DNA from: an uncultured Actinomycetota bacterium | Lineage (GTDB): Bacteria > Actinomycetota > Actinomycetes > Propionibacteriales > Propionibacteriaceae | Direction of reading: 5' to 3' | Assembly (NCBI GenBank): GCA_963761955.1 | Contig: CAVXIY010000023.1 | Location: 29,767 to 93,766, forward strand | DNA length: 64,000 bases | Shown: positions 9,727 through 22,481 of the stretch, piece by piece | Layout: each line of letters opens with the position of its first letter | Position numbering within the stretch: position 1 is the first letter of the stretch | Notes under the pieces: model-generated | What the model was told of the DNA's origin: nothing | Seen by the model: the letters and a program-made list of their open reading frames with translations, nothing else | Database searches by the model: none | Translations under genes and position numbers: made by a program

Positions 9727-9863
9727 CCTGCCCCTCCCAGTCCCGATGTCGCGTGCTGTCATTATCGGCGAGAACTGCTGGGATGCCGAACGATACGCTG
9801 AGGCAACGATGCAGCGAACCGCTCGTTGGAGGATCGTTCACAATGGCTGAAGGAGTTTCGTAG

Positions 9864-11300
9864 ATGACTGAACTCGCCCAGATCGGTGTCACCGGCCTCG
9901 CTGTCATGGGCCGCAACCTCGCCCGAAACTTCGCCCGACACGGGCATCGGGTCGCGATCCACAACCGCAGCTACGCCAAGACCGAGTCGCTGCTCGCCGA
10001 GGCCGGCTCCGAAGGGACCTTCATCCCGTCCGAGTCCATGGCTGACTTCGTCGCCTCGCTGGAGCGCCCGCGCCGGGTGTTGATCATGGTCAAGGCGGGT
10101 GGCCCCACCGACGCGGTGATCGACGAGCTGATCCCCCTGCTGGAAGAGGGCGACATCGTCATCGACGCGGGGAACGCGCACTTCCCGGACACCATCCGGC
10201 GCGAGGAGAAGTTGAAGGAGCACGGCCTGCACTTCGTCGGCACCGGCGTCTCGGGCGGCGAGGAAGGGGCCCTCAACGGTCCGTCGATCATGCCCGGCGG
10301 TTCGCGGGAGTCCTACGAGTCCCTCGGACCGCTGCTGGAGAGCATCTCCGCGAAGGTCGACGACACCCCGTGCTGCACCTACGTCGGACCCGACGGCGCC
10401 GGTCACTTCGTGAAGATGGTGCACAACGGCATCGAGTACGCCGACATGCAGTTGATCGCCGAGGCGTACGACTTGATCAAGCAGGCGACCGGGGCGAGCG
10501 CCGCCGAGATCGGGGAGATCTTCAAGACCTGGAACGAAGGTGATCTTGAATCCTTCTTGATCGAGATCACCGCCGAGGTGCTCGGCCATGTGGACGCCGA
10601 GACCGGCAAGGCCTTCGTGGACGTCGTTCTGGACCAGGCCGAGCAGAAGGGCACCGGTCGCTGGACCGTGCAGAACGCTCTTGATCTTGGTGTGCCGATC
10701 ACCGGGATCGCCGAGGCCACCTTCGCCCGGGCCCTGTCGGGCTCGGTGCCGCAGCGGCAAGCCGGCCAGGCCAGACTGGCCGGGAACACCGGGGAGTGGA
10801 ACGTCCAGGACCGCGACGGCTTCGTCGAGGATGTCCGTCAGGCGCTGTACGCGTCGAAGGTCGTCGCCTACTCCCAGGGCTTCGATCAGATCGCCGCGGC
10901 CAGTGCGGAGTTCGGCTGGAACATCGACCGCGGCGCGATGGCCAGGATCTGGCGGGGCGGTTGCATCATCCGGGCCCGCTTCCTGAACCGGATCACCGAG
11001 GCGTACGAGCGCGATGCTGATCTTGCCCTGCTGCTCGCCGACGACTACTTCGCCGATGCCGTCGGCACCTGCCTGGCGGCCTGGCGTCGAGTGGTCGCCG
11101 GTGCCGCCCAGAACGGCATCCCGACGCCGGCGTTCTCCTCGTCGCTGGCCTACTACGACGGGATTCGCGCCGAGCGACTGCCGGCGGCCCTGATCCAGGC
11201 GCAGCGGGACTTCTTCGGTGCGCATACCTACCGCCGGGTGGACAAGGAAGGTTCCTACCACACCGAATGGACCGCCGACCGCAGCGAGTCGACGGTCTGA
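9864..11300 (+). CDS. gndA: NADP-dependent 6-phosphogluconate dehydrogenase (decarboxylating)
   Basis: GLAVMG, VKMVHNGIEYADMQ and QAQRDFFGAHTY; intact 478 aa. Confidence 0.97.
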   Translation: MTELAQIGVTGLAVMGRNLARNFARHGHRVAIHNRSYAKTESLLAEAGSEGTFIPSESMADFVASLERPRRVLIMVKAGGPTDAVIDELIPLLEEGDIVIDAGNAHFPDTIRREEKLKEHGLHFVGTGVSGGEEGALNGPSIMPGGSRESYESLGPLLESISAKVDDTPCCTYVGPDGAGHFVKMVHNGIEYADMQLIAEAYDLIKQATGASAAEIGEIFKTWNEGDLESFLIEITAEVLGHVDAETGKAFVDVVLDQAEQKGTGRWTVQNALDLGVPITGIAEATFARALSGSVPQRQAGQARLAGNTGEWNVQDRDGFVEDVRQALYASKVVAYSQGFDQIAAASAEFGWNIDRGAMARIWRGGCIIRARFLNRITEAYERDADLALLLADDYFADAVGTCLAAWRRVVAGAAQNGIPTPAFSSSLAYYDGIRAERLPAALIQAQRDFFGAHTYRRVDKEGSYHTEWTADRSESTV

Positions 11301-11318
11301 GGGCCGGCGACCACGTCC

Positions 11319-12540
11319 ATGGCCCGCGTGCCCACTGCCGTGGTTCGCGCGGGCCGGCTGGCCCGGGTGGCCGGCGCCCGCATCCGCAACGAACTGCGCG
11401 CGCGGGACTTCGCGGACCGGGCCGGCGCCAACGGCATGGTGCCCAACGGCGGGGTCGCGGTGTTCTTCGCGACCGGTCCGGAGAATCTGTACCAGTTCGA
11501 GCAGTGGCGCCGACCACTGGAACGGCTGGCCGAACGGCTGCCGGTGTTCGTGATCACCGACCGGGCCGACACCGGCGAGCGTCTGCTGCAGACCACGTCG
11601 CTGCCGCTGGCCTTCGCCCGCGGCAGCGCGCCGCTGGAGAGCCTCGTCGAGGAACGTGACGTGCGGGTGGTCCTGTACCTGAATCAGGTCGAGGCGAACT
11701 TCCGGATGCTGCGGTTCGCCGCGCCCGTCCACATCCAGCTCGGGCACGGGGAGAGCGACAAGGGATCGAGCATCTCCAATCAGCACAAGGCCTACGACCT
11801 GACGTTCGTCGGCGGCGCCGCCGGCAGCGATCGACTGGGCGCGGCCCTGCGCGACTTCGACGCCGGACGCACGCACCGTCCAGATCGGCCGGCCACAACT
11901 CGATCATGACTATCCGGGCGCGCCGGAGTGGTCGCGAGGTTCGGGGCTCCGGGTCTGGTACGCCCCGACCTGGGAGGGCGACCGGGCGAGCATCGCGTAC
12001 GGCTCGCTGGCCAGCCACGGGCTGGCGCTGGTCGAAGCCCTGATCGCCGATCCGCGGATCCGGGTCATCTACCGGCCGCATCCACGCACCGGGACGGCGT
12101 CGGCCGCGCACGCCGCGGCCGACAAGGCGATCCGTGCCCGGCTCGACGGTGAGGACGGACGGCACCTGATCGACGAGGGCGGATACGGCTGGCAGTGGGA
12201 TTTCGCCGACGCGTGCGTCACCGACATCTCCGCGGTCGCGTACGACTGGCTCGCGACCGGGAAGCCGCTGGTGATCACCGACCCGGACGAGCCCAAGGCC
12301 TATCGGCCGCCGTCACCGATCCTGGACACGATGCCGCTGCTGCCGGGGACCGACGCCGGGAAGGTCGTCGACTGGCTGACCGACCGCGGCTTGGGTCGTG
12401 GCGAGGGCACCCGCGATCCGCAACTGATCGCGCTGGCGGAGTACTACTTCGGTGACACCGCTCAGCAGGCGAGCAGCGCGCGATTCAGCGCTGCCATCGA
12501 CCGCGCGCTCGAGGCGGCCCGCCCGACTCGCGCAGCTGAG
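11319..12540 (+). CDS. CDP-glycerol glycerophosphotransferase family protein (frameshifted)
   Basis: LYQFEQW and HGESDK...SNQHKAYD; later frame gives IGRPQLD, YAPTWEG, YRPHP and TDISAVAYDWL. End approximate. Confidence 0.75.
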
Positions 12541-12546
12541 CCGCTA

Positions 12547-12804
12547 CTAGAGGCCGCGGAGGAAGTCCACGTCGTCGTCGGGCGCCTTCGGTCGGTCGGG
12601 ATGCTTCTTGGTACCGAGCGATTCGGCATTCGGTCGGCCGAGGAAGAGCCAGCCCACAGCACCAGCGAGCGGAAGGCAGATGACTGCTGTGGCCCACAGC
12701 CAGCGAGGCATCCGGCGCACCGCGTACGGCTGGGCTTGGGCAACCTCGACCACGCAATAGATCGTGAGCAGCGCCACGACGATGAACGGCAGATACCGGC
12801 CCAT
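12547..12804 (-). CDS. PLDc_N-domain small membrane protein
   Basis: IYCVVEV...RRMPRWLW...LPLAGAVGWLFLGRP...APDDDVDFLRGL. Confidence 0.85.
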   Translation of the reverse strand: MGRYLPFIVVALLTIYCVVEVAQAQPYAVRRMPRWLWATAVICLPLAGAVGWLFLGRPNAESLGTKKHPDRPKAPDDDVDFLRGL

Positions 12805-12932
12805 AATCCAAGAGTATGCGTCGCGGCGGTCGTCGGCACAACAGTTCGTCAGATCGCTGGGACCGCCACCGCCCACGGAGCCGGCGGGCGTGGCGCAGAT
12901 GGGGGATCGAGCCGACACCCTAGGCTGGCGGG

Positions 12933-13727
12933 ATGCCTGATCCGGGGCGGCCCGCCAATCCGACCATCGCGCAGTTGCGCGAGGTCACCCAGCCGCCGAG
13001 CGTGCGAACCCGGGCCGGCGCGGAGCACTGGGTGGCCCACGCGTACCTGCGGGACATCTCGCCGTACCTGACCCGCATCCTGCTCAAGGCCGGCTTCTCG
13101 GCGAACGGCGTCACCTGGCTGATGATCATCGTCGCCGCCCTGGCTGCGGTCTCCACGGCCTGGCCGTCGATCTTCGGCGCGATCGGCGTGGTGATCTTGG
13201 TCCAGCTGCAGATGCTGATCGACTGCAGCGACGGCGAGGTCGCCCGCTGGCGGCAGACCTCGTCGCCGCTGCGGGGTCTACCTGGACCGGGTCGGGCACT
13301 ACGTCGCCGAGTGCGGAATCGCCGTGGCACTGGGCATCCGAGCCTCCGGCGGTCCGCAGCTCAGCGGCATCTGGATCAGCGCCGGCCTGCTGCTGGGCCT
13401 GCTCGTCGCCTTGAACAAGGTGGAGAACGACCTGGTCCACGTCGCGCGGCACTACGCGGGGCTGCCTCAGGTGCGTGACGCCGAAGAGGTGAAGGTGCCG
13501 CAGCGCGGGGGCTTGCGGTCGGCCCGGCGGATCGCCCGATTCGTGCCGTTCCATCGGGTGTTCCACTCCGTCGAGCTGTCGATCCTGGTGCTGCTGGCGG
13601 CGGTGCTGGATCTGTTCACCGACGGGATGGCGACCAAGGTGCTGCTGACCGGGCTTGGTGGTCTCGGCCGTGCGTCACCGTCGTCGGTCACCTGGCCGCG
13701 GTGCTCGGTTCGTCGAGGCTGCGATGA
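12933..13727 (+). CDS. CDP-alcohol phosphatidyltransferase family protein (frameshifted)
   Basis: SANGVTWL and DCSDGEVARW...G.YLD signature; TGA overlaps the next ATG. Confidence 0.85.
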
Positions 13728-14602
13728 GCCGACCGATCGGCCGCGCTACGGGGTCGTGGTGTTGACCATGGGCAGCCGGCCGGCTGACCTCGATCGCGGC
13801 CTGCGCTCGCTGCTGGCTCAGCGTGATGTCGATCTGGACGTCGTGGTCGTCGGCAACGGGTGGCAGCCGACCGGGCTGCCCGACGGGGTCAAGGCTCATG
13901 GATTGCCGGAGAACCTGGGGATTCCGGCCGGCCGCAACGCCGGCGTGCCGCTGGTGTCGGGTGACCTGCTGTTCTTCCTCGACGACGACGCGTCGCTGCC
14001 CGCATGACGACACCCTGGCCACGCATGGCCGCGCAGTTCGCCGCGGATCCCGAGCTGGGACTGATCCAGCCGCGGGTCGTCGATCCCGAGGGTCGCGAGG
14101 CGCCCCGGCGCTGGACGCCACGGGTCCGCGTCGGGGACCCGGCCCGGAGCAGCGCGGCGATGAACGTCTGGGAGGGGGCGATCGCCATTCGACGGGCCGC
14201 CTTCGACTACGCCGGCGGCTGGCCGGAACGGTTCTGGTACGCCCATGAGGGCATCGAACTGGCCTGGCGGGTCTGGGACGGCGGCTGGCACGTGCGCTAC
14301 GACGGGGAGATCGAGGTGCACCATCCGGCGATCCAGCCGACCCGGCACGCGGAGTTCTATCGGTTCCAGGCGCGCAACCGGGTCTGGTTGGCGCGCCGCA
14401 ACCTCCCGCTGCCGATCGGCGTGCTCTACGTGCTGGCCTGGGCCGGCGTCGGAGGTGTCCGGCTCCGGTCGACCGAAGCCGCCAGCGAGACCCTCCGCGG
14501 CTACCGGATCGGCCTGCGCGAACCCGGCCGGCGAGCGCCGCCCGATGAGCTGGCGCACGGTCTGGCGGATGACCCGCGCCGGCCACCCGCCCCTTCTTAT
14601 AG
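13724..14602 (+). CDS. Glycosyltransferase family 2 (frameshifted)
   Basis: VVVLTMG, ENLGIPAGRNAG, FFLDDDA, FWYAHEGIELAWR and ARNRVWLARRNLP. Confidence 0.88.
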
Positions 14603-14609
14603 GGCTACC

Positions 14610-14848
14610 GGCTCGCGCTCGGTCGCGCGCCTGTCGATGCTGCCCTGCCTCACTCGCTCGCAGACGGAAAAGCGTTGTCTGCTCGCTCGGTCGTCAGACA
14701 GCATCGCGCCCGACCTTGCCGACGCTCGCCCCCACGCCTGCTTGGCCGCTCGCGCTCGTCGGGCTGATGGTTCCTCGCTCGAGGCCGAACTCGTCGCTCG
14801 ATCGGTCGCCTGTCGATCGGTGCCTTCCCGACGTCGACAGGCTCGGGC
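14610..14848. repeat. Intergenic palindromic REP-like composite
   Basis: GCCTGTCGA (14808-14816)...TCGACAGGC (14834-14842), a further GCCTGTCGA at 14629, and several GCTCGCTCG/GCTCGCGCTCG units. Confidence 0.55.
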
Positions 14849-14878
14849 GAGTGCTGACGGCTCACCTAGCGTGGCGGC

Positions 14879-15951
14879 ATGACGGTCAGTGATGGGCGGG
14901 CGTGGTCGGCGTGGGCGATCGGGCAGGTGGAGGCGGACGCGAACCGGAGTGCCGACACGCACCTGCATCCGTTTCCGTTGCCGCCGGAGTGGGGGATCAG
15001 CCTCTATCTCAAGGACGAGTCGGTGCATCCGACGGGGAGTCTGAAGCATCGGCTGGCCCGGTCGCTGGTGCTGTACGGGCTGTGCAACAACTGGATCGGC
15101 GAGGGCACGACGCTGGTCGAGGCGTCGTCGGGGTCGACCGCGGTCAGCGAGGCCTATTTCGCGCGGTTGCTGGGTCTGCCGTTCGTGGCGGTGATGCCCG
15201 CGTCGACGGTCAAGGAGAAGTGCACGCTGATCGAGTTCTACGGCGGGCGCTGCCACCTGGTGGCCGACCCCGGTCAGATCTATCAGGTGGCTGCAGACCT
15301 GGCGGCCAGCACCGGCGGGCACTACCTGGACCAGTTCACCTATGCCGAGCGGGCGACCGACTGGCGCGGCAACAACAACATCGCCGAGTCGATGTTCGCC
15401 CAGCTGAGTCGCGAGCCGTTCCCGGTGCCGGCCTGGATCGTCGTCGGTGCCGGCACCGGAGGGACCAGCGCGACGATCGGCCGCTACCTGCGGCTGCAGA
15501 AGTATCCGACCCGGCTGTGCGTGGTGGATCCGGAGAACTCGGCCTTCGCGCGCGGGTGGCTGGAGCGTGATCTGACGGTCACCGCCAGCGGCTCGCGGAT
15601 CGAGGGGATCGGCCGCCCGCGGGTCGAGCCGAGCTTCGTCGGCTCGGTGGTGGACCGGATGATCAGCGTTCCCGACGCGGCATCCATCGCCGCCATGCGC
15701 TGGTGCACCCCAAGCTCGACCGCTGGGTCGGTGGCTCGACCGGCACCAACATCTGGGGCGCCCTGCAGCTGGTCGCCGAACTGAGGGCCGCAGGCGATCC
15801 GGGGAGTGTGGTCACGCTGCTCTGCGATGACGGCCGCCGCTACGCCGAGACCTACTACAGCGACACCTGGGTCGCCGATCGCGGCTGGGACCTCGGGCCG
15901 CCCACCGCAGTCCTCGAGCAGTTCATGATCACCGGCGGTGGACCGACGTGA
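14879..15951 (+). CDS. cds1: PLP-dependent cysteine synthase family, Cds1-like cysteine desulfhydrase (frameshift near 15705)
   Basis: [31 protein letters not shown] and [23 protein letters not shown]. Confidence 0.8.
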
Positions 15952-16050
15952 CCTGAGCGTGTCCTGAGCCGTCGTTTGCTCAACTTGTCCCTGAGCGTGG
16001 CTCGAAGAGGTGCGACGGTCGCAGAGCTCAGGCTCGCAGATGACCCGCGA

Positions 16051-16940
16051 TCACCAGGCCAGGCGAGTCCGACGGCGGCGGCGAGCTCGGCCAGGCCGGT
16101 GGATTTCAGCACCGGGATGAGCGCCGGACCCAGCGCTCCCGCGGTCACCGCGCGTACCGCGGGAACGATCAACACCAGCCCGGCGAGGCCGAGCAGCGCC
16201 CACCAGGAGGTGAGCGCGGCGACGATGATGATCATCGCCGCCGCCAGCCACGATCAAGATCAGATACAACCGGCGGGTGCGCGGGTCTCCGAGGCGGGTG
16301 GCGAGGGTGCGCTTGCCGGCGGCGGTGTCGCCGTGGATGTCGCGCAGGTTGTTGGCGACCAGGATCGCGCAGGCGAGGGACCCGATGCCGACGGCCGTGA
16401 GCAGGGTCGCGACGCTCACCCGGCCGGTCTGCAGGTAGGCGGTCCCGCAGACCGCGACGAGACCGAAGAAGACGAAGACGAAGAGTTCGCCGAGCCCGAG
16501 ATAGCCGTACGGCCGCTTGCCGCCGGTGTAGTACCACGCGGCCAGGCACGCACGCTGCGCCCGACGGCCAGCAGCCACCAGTGGTCGGTCATGATCACCA
16601 CGATCAGCCCGGCGATCGCGGCCACCCCGAAGCTGACGAACGCGGCCCGCTTCACCGCAGCCGGCTCGGCCAGGCCGGAGCCGACCAGTCGCAGCGGGCC
16701 GACCCGGACGGCGTCGGTGCCGCGTACGCCGTCGGAGTAGTCGTTCGCGTAGTTGACGCCCACCTGCAGGGCCACGCTGACCAGCAGGGCCAGGGCGGCG
16801 ATCGGCAGCGAGAACCCACCCTCGAAGAAGGCCAGGCCGCTGGCCGCGATCACCGGGGACAGGGCGGCGGGCAGCGTTCGCGGCCGGGCGCCGGCCAGCC
16901 ACTGGCTCGGGGTCGGCCGGCGGCCGGTCTCGGCGCTCAT
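16051..16940 (-). CDS. menA: 1,4-dihydroxy-2-naphthoate polyprenyltransferase (frameshifted)
   Basis: [27 protein letters not shown] and NNLRDI..D..AGKRTLA. Confidence 0.93.
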
Positions 16941-18119
16941 GGCGTCACCCGCGCAGCGCGGTCGTTCATGATCAAGTCGCGGATGGCGATCCGGTCGGGC
17001 TTGCCGCTGGACAGTCTCGGCAACTGCTCGAGCCGGGTCAGGGTCCGGGGCAGCGCGTACGCCGGCACCCGGTTCCGGAGATGATCATGCAGCTCCTCGA
17101 GCGAGCCCGCCGTGGTGCAGGCGGCGGAGATGGTGGTACCCCAATCGGGATCCGGGCAGCCCGACGACGAAGCCTTCGCCACCGCGGATCGCTGCCCACT
17201 GGTCGACCTGACGCTCGACCTCGGCAAGATCAACTTTGCGGCCGCCGGTGATCACGACCTGGTCGAGCCGGCCGAGCACGACGAGTCGATCATCCTGCCA
17301 TCGGCCGCGATCCTCGGTGCGCAGCCAGCCGTCGCTGAGCGTGCTCGCCGTGAGCTCGGGTTGCAGCCGGTAGCCGGAGAACGCCGAGCGCGGTGTTGAT
17401 CATGATTCTGCCCTCGGTCGGACCTCCCGGCGGTTCCAGTTCGACGCGGGTGCCGGCGAGCGGAACGCCGTCGTAGACGCAGCCGCCGCAGGTCTCGCTC
17501 AGCCCGTAGGTGGTGACGACGGCGATGTCGCGGGCGCCGGCCCGCTCGAGCAGATCCGGGTCCGCCGGTCCGCCGCCGATCAGCACCGCATCGAAGCGCG
17601 CCAGTGCCCGGCTGATGTCCGGGTGGTCGAGGGCCCGGCCGAGCTGAGTCGGCACCAGCGAGAGGTAGCGACGACCGCCGAGCCGGTCGGCGACGGCGGG
17701 CAGATCGAGGAGGTCGCGTCGGACCGGCATCGCGGCGGTGCCCCCGACGATCGCCCGCGCCAGCACCATCAGACCGGCCACATAGTGCGTCGGGCAACGC
17801 CAAGACCCAGTCACCGGGACCGCCGAGACGATCATGGGTGGCCTCGACCGAGGACCGGATCGCCGCCCGCGAGAGCACGACACCCTTGGCCGCGCCGGTC
17901 GATCCCGAGGTGGTGACGATCACCGCGGCGTCGACCTCGTCCACCGGCACCGTCGGGCTGGAGCATCCGGAGTGCTCGGCTGCGCTCGATCGCATCGCTC
18001 GGCAGCGGCGCGACGACGGGCCCGCCGGCCAGCGCATCGGCAAGGGCAGCCGGCGTCTCGTCGGGTTCGACGGTCCGCAGAAGGTTCGGCTCGGCGCCGG
18101 CGGTGGTCACGGGGCACAA
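16937..18119 (-). CDS. menE: o-succinylbenzoate-CoA ligase (frameshifted)
   Basis: [39 protein letters not shown] and [11 protein letters not shown]; men-cluster context. Confidence 0.88.
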
Positions 18120-18140
18120 GAGTATTGCCAGAATGAGCGG

Positions 18141-19108
18141 GTGCCGACCGAGCCTTGCGCGTACGCGATCGGCTTGCGCATCCGGTTTCGCGGCATCACC
18201 GAGCGGCAGGGCATGGTCTGGCGCGGAGCGGCCGGCTGGGCCGAGTGGAGCCCGTTCCTCGACTACGACGGGCCAGAGCTCGTGCCCTGGCTGCGGGCCG
18301 CGGATGAAGCGGCCGACCTCGGCTGGCCGGAGCGCGCTCCGTACCCGAGATTCCGGTCAACGTCACGATTCCGGCCGTCGGCCCGGAACAGGCCGCCGCG
18401 CTGACCGCGGCCGCCGGCTGCCGCACCGCGAAGGTCAAGGTGGCCGAGGCCGGACAGACGCTCGCCGACGACCTGTCCCGAGTCGAGGCGGTGCGTTCCG
18501 CGCTGGGCGCCGGCGGACTGGTCAGGGTCGATGCCAACGGGGCCTGGGGCGTCGAGCAGGCCGAGACGGGCGATCCGGCAGCTGGCCCGATTCGGACTGG
18601 AGTACGTCGAGCAGCCGTGTCGCACGGTGGAGGAACTGGCCGAACTCCGCATCCGGCTGGCGCGCAACGGCATCGATGCGTTGATCGCGGCCGACGAGTC
18701 GATCCGGCGGGCGGAGGATCCCTACCGGGTCGCCGAGCTCGAAGCGGCCGACGTCGCGGTGCTCAAGGTGCAGCCGCTGGGCGGCGTCCGGGCCTGCCTG
18801 GAGATCGCCGAGCGGATCGGGCTTCCGGTGGTGGTGTCCAGCGCGTTGGAGACCTCGATCGGCATCCGCGCCGGGGTGGCACTCGCCGCGGCGCTGCCGG
18901 AACTGCCCTTCGCCTGCGGGCTGAACACGGTCGCTCTGCTGGCCGATGATCTGGTGCAGGATCCCGCTGGTCGCCGTCGACGGCGTTCTCGACGTGCGCG
19001 ACCTGGTCGTCGACGACGAGGCGCTGCTGCGCAACCGGGCCGGCGAGGACGACCAGGCGTTCTGGCAGTCTCGTCTCATGAGGACGAGGCGGCTCGCGGA
19101 TGGGTGAA
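18141..19108 (+). CDS. menC: o-succinylbenzoate synthase (frameshifted)
   Basis: [40 protein letters not shown] and VVSSALETS. Confidence 0.92.
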
Positions 19109-20739
19109 GCGACGCTGTGCGCGCGGGTGATCGTCGAAGAGCTGATCGGCCGCGGCGTGACCGACGTCGTGCTCGCCCCCGGCTCGCGCAGCGCACCGCT
19201 GGCGTACGAGCTCCTCGAGGCCGACCGGATCGGGCTGCTCCGACTGCACGTCCGGATCGACGAGCGCACCGCCGGCTTCCTCGCCCTGGGCCTGGCCAAG
19301 CACTCAGGCCGGCCGGTCGCGGTACTGACCACGTCGGGGACGGCCGCGGCCAATCTCCACCCGGCCGTGCTCGAGGCGTGGTACGCCCACCTGCCGCTGG
19401 TGATGATCACCGCCAGCCGCCCGCGATCCATGATCAACACCGGCGCCAACCAGACCGCCGACCAGGCTCAGCTCTTCGGCCGGCACGCTCGCGGGTACGC
19501 GGCCCTCTCCGATCAGACCGCCGATCCGTGGGCCTGGCGCTTCGAGCTGGCCCGGCTGATCACCACCGCAGCGGGAACCCGCACCGGAATCCCCGGCCCG
19601 GTGCAGCTCAACGTGGAGTTCAGCGATCCGCTGGTGCCGGTCGGGTTCGTCGCGCCGGCGTCGATGCCCGAGTTGTCCATCGCCGACACCCCGCACGCCG
19701 GACACCCCACCGAACTCCCGTCGGGCCCGCAGACGGTGATCATCGCCGGCGACTGCCCGCCGGCCCGTGGCCGCGCGGTGGCCGCGCTCGCCGAAACCGC
19801 CGGCGTCCCGTTGCTGGCCGAGCCGTCGAGCAACGCCCGCCGCGGCCGAGCCGCACTCGGCACCCAGCGGCTGCTGGCCGGATCCAGCCTGGCCGAGGGG
19901 ATCGAGCGGATCGTGGTCTTCGGCCATCCGACGCTGTCCAGGCCGGTCGGCCGGCTGCTGGCCCGCCGGGACCTGGAGTTGATCATGGTCACGTCGGACG
20001 CCGGACTGGATCGACCCCGGACTGGCGGCATCGAGCGTGGTCGACGCGGTCGCCTTTGCCGAGGCCGGCGATCCGGCCTGGCTCGGTGCCTGGCAGGCGG
20101 CCGACGCCGAGTTGCGTCGGCAGCTCGATCAGCTGCTGTCGGGCCAGCAGGAATTCAGTGGGCCGATGCTGGCCGCGCGGCTGTGGGCGGCCCTCGACGA
20201 GCGCGACATCTTGTTCGTCGGTTCGTCCAATCCGATCCGCGATCTGGACCTGGCCCGGATCGCCGCCCGCACCGGCGACCGTCTACGCCAATCGCGGCCT
20301 CGCCGGGATCGACGGCAGCATCTCCACCGCGGTCGGCATCGCGCTGGCCGCCGAACAACCGACCCACGCGTTGCTGGGCGACATCACGGCGGTGCACGAC
20401 GCCACCGGCCTGGTCATCGGGCCCGGCGAGCCGTCGCCCGATCTGCGGATCGTGGTCGCCAACGACGACGGCGGCAGCATCTTCGCCACCCTGGAACACG
20501 GGCTGCCCGCCCATCAGCGCTCCTTCGAGCGGATCTTCGGCACGCCGCACCGGCACCCAGTTCGCCACCCTGGCCGAGGCGACCGGAGCCGCCTATCGCC
20601 GGGTGGCGAACTCCGAGGAGCTGGCCGAGGTGCTGCAACGAGCCGCCGGTCGGCATCGAGCTGGTCGAAGCGGTCATCGACCGGAGCCAGCGCCGTTCGC
20701 TCGAACGCCGCGATCACTGCGCTCGCAGCCACGCTCTGA
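19100..20739 (+). CDS. menD: SEPHCHC synthase (frameshifted)
   Basis: [48 protein letters not shown] and NDDGGSIF. Confidence 0.95.
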
Positions 20740-22481
20740 GCTGGCTGGTGGCGCTGACGTCGTCCTCGTTGTATTCCAGCACCCGGGTGCGCGCCTGGGC
20801 CCGGACCTCGGGCGTCGACGCCGTGCACCGCCTCGGCGAACCACAACTGGGAATTGAGCCCGCCGGGATCGTCGTCGCGCCAGCTGAAGCCGGCGTGCTT
20901 GGCGATCAGCTTCAGACCGAGCCCGCTGACGCCGAAGAAGTGGGCCTTGACGATCTCCAGCAGGTCGACGAACTGCTCCTCGGCATACTCGGCGGCCCAG
21001 TCCAGCACGGCGTCATGCTCCCGGTCGGCCAGCGCTTTGATCTTGGCCGTCTCGTAGCCGCTGTAGTGGTAGACCGCGACCGATGCCGAGGCGTCGATCA
21101 TGCTCCGCAGCCAGGTGAACGCGTCGACGGCCAGCGCGGCCTCGGCGGCATCGTCAAGATCGTCGAACCGGCTGAACTCGTGGTAGACCCCGCCCGGTGC
21201 CGCGGCGTGCTGGACCAGGAATCCCCACAGGTAGATCCGGCCGTCGGCCGAGCTCTCGATGTCCAGGTCGATCTCCACCTCGGCGTCGGGCACCGTGATC
21301 AGTCCGTCGGTCTCGCGCGCGAACGAGCTGCCGTCCAGCAGCATCCGGGCCCGGCGGGCGGCGACCCGCAGCCGGCCCTCGGCGCCCGGCCGGTGGGTGA
21401 CCTCGGGGAGATACCAGGTCAGCAGCTCGTCCAGATCGGCGCCGACCAGGTCGGTGATCGTCGAGATGCCGTGCCGGCGCAGCGTGGCGATCTCCCGCAT
21501 GTCGAGCGGACCCTTGTCGATCCGCAGGCTCACATCTTCGGGCGTCGAGCTGCGGGCGGCAGTGCTCCCACCACTGGCAGCGGCCGCACTCCGCATTGAC
21601 GATCGGCTCGACCAGCAGGCGCGGATCGCGTCGTGGCGTCGCCGGTCTGCTGTTGCGCGACCGCGGCGATGTCCACCCGGAAGGCGTGCTCGTGGTCATA
21701 GCGTTCGAGCGGGCTGCGCAGTCGCCAGCCCTCGGGCCGGCTGCGGGAGAAGGTGCGGAGCATCGGCTGGTCCAGCGTCGGCCCAGACGAGCACCGGGCG
21801 CGGTCGTCACCGTGTCCGTGCCGATGATCGCCCCCAGCGGCGGGCTCGCGGCGTGCCCGCAGGCCTCGAGCATCCGGTGGTAGTGCGCGAGCTGGAGCAG
21901 ATCGGCCCACCGGCTGCCGGTCCGCAGCCCGTGTCCCGCGAGCTCGATCGCGTCGGCGGGCGCCGGCTGCTCGAGCGTCGAGTAGCGAAGCGCCGGCGGT
22001 GCTTCGCCCTCGACCGCCGGACGGCGGACCCGCTCGATGATCTTGTGCCACTTCACCTCGGCCGGGTGGTAGGCGGGTGCGCCGGACGGCGTGTCGGCGC
22101 CACGGACCAGCAGGTCCGGATAGCCCACCCGATGCCCGGCCAGATCGACCGGCAGGCAGCCGCCGATGATCACCGCCGCCCCGGATTCCATGGCCCGGAC
22201 GCAGGCCTGGATCTGGGTCGCCCGGGTCTCGGCGGCCAGCAGCCGCAGGTCGACGACGCGCCCGCGGGTCGACGGTGATCAACTTCTCGAGCACCACCGC
22301 CTCGAAGTGCGCGCCGCCCTCGAACAGCTCGGCCAGAGCGTCGCTGGGCTCGGCCCGCGGCAGGTCGACGGTGGGATCGAACGCGTTCTGCGTCTTGACC
22401 GGGCAGCTGCGCGCCGCGTACGCGCCCAGCAGGATCGAGGTCGTCGGCGTCGCCGGCGACCGGCGGGTCGAGGGCGATCAC
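20714..22481 (-). CDS. TM0106-family RecB-like nuclease with C-terminal RNase H-like domain (frameshifted)
   Basis: [54 protein letters not shown] and LGLKLIA...GFSWRD. Confidence 0.85.

Noticed and set aside
9762-11876. 704-aa minus-strand ORF and similar long shadow ORFs (49222-51828, 62066-63598)
   Set aside because: Antisense or alternate-frame shadows of real genes, expected in high-GC DNA, with no recognisable motifs.
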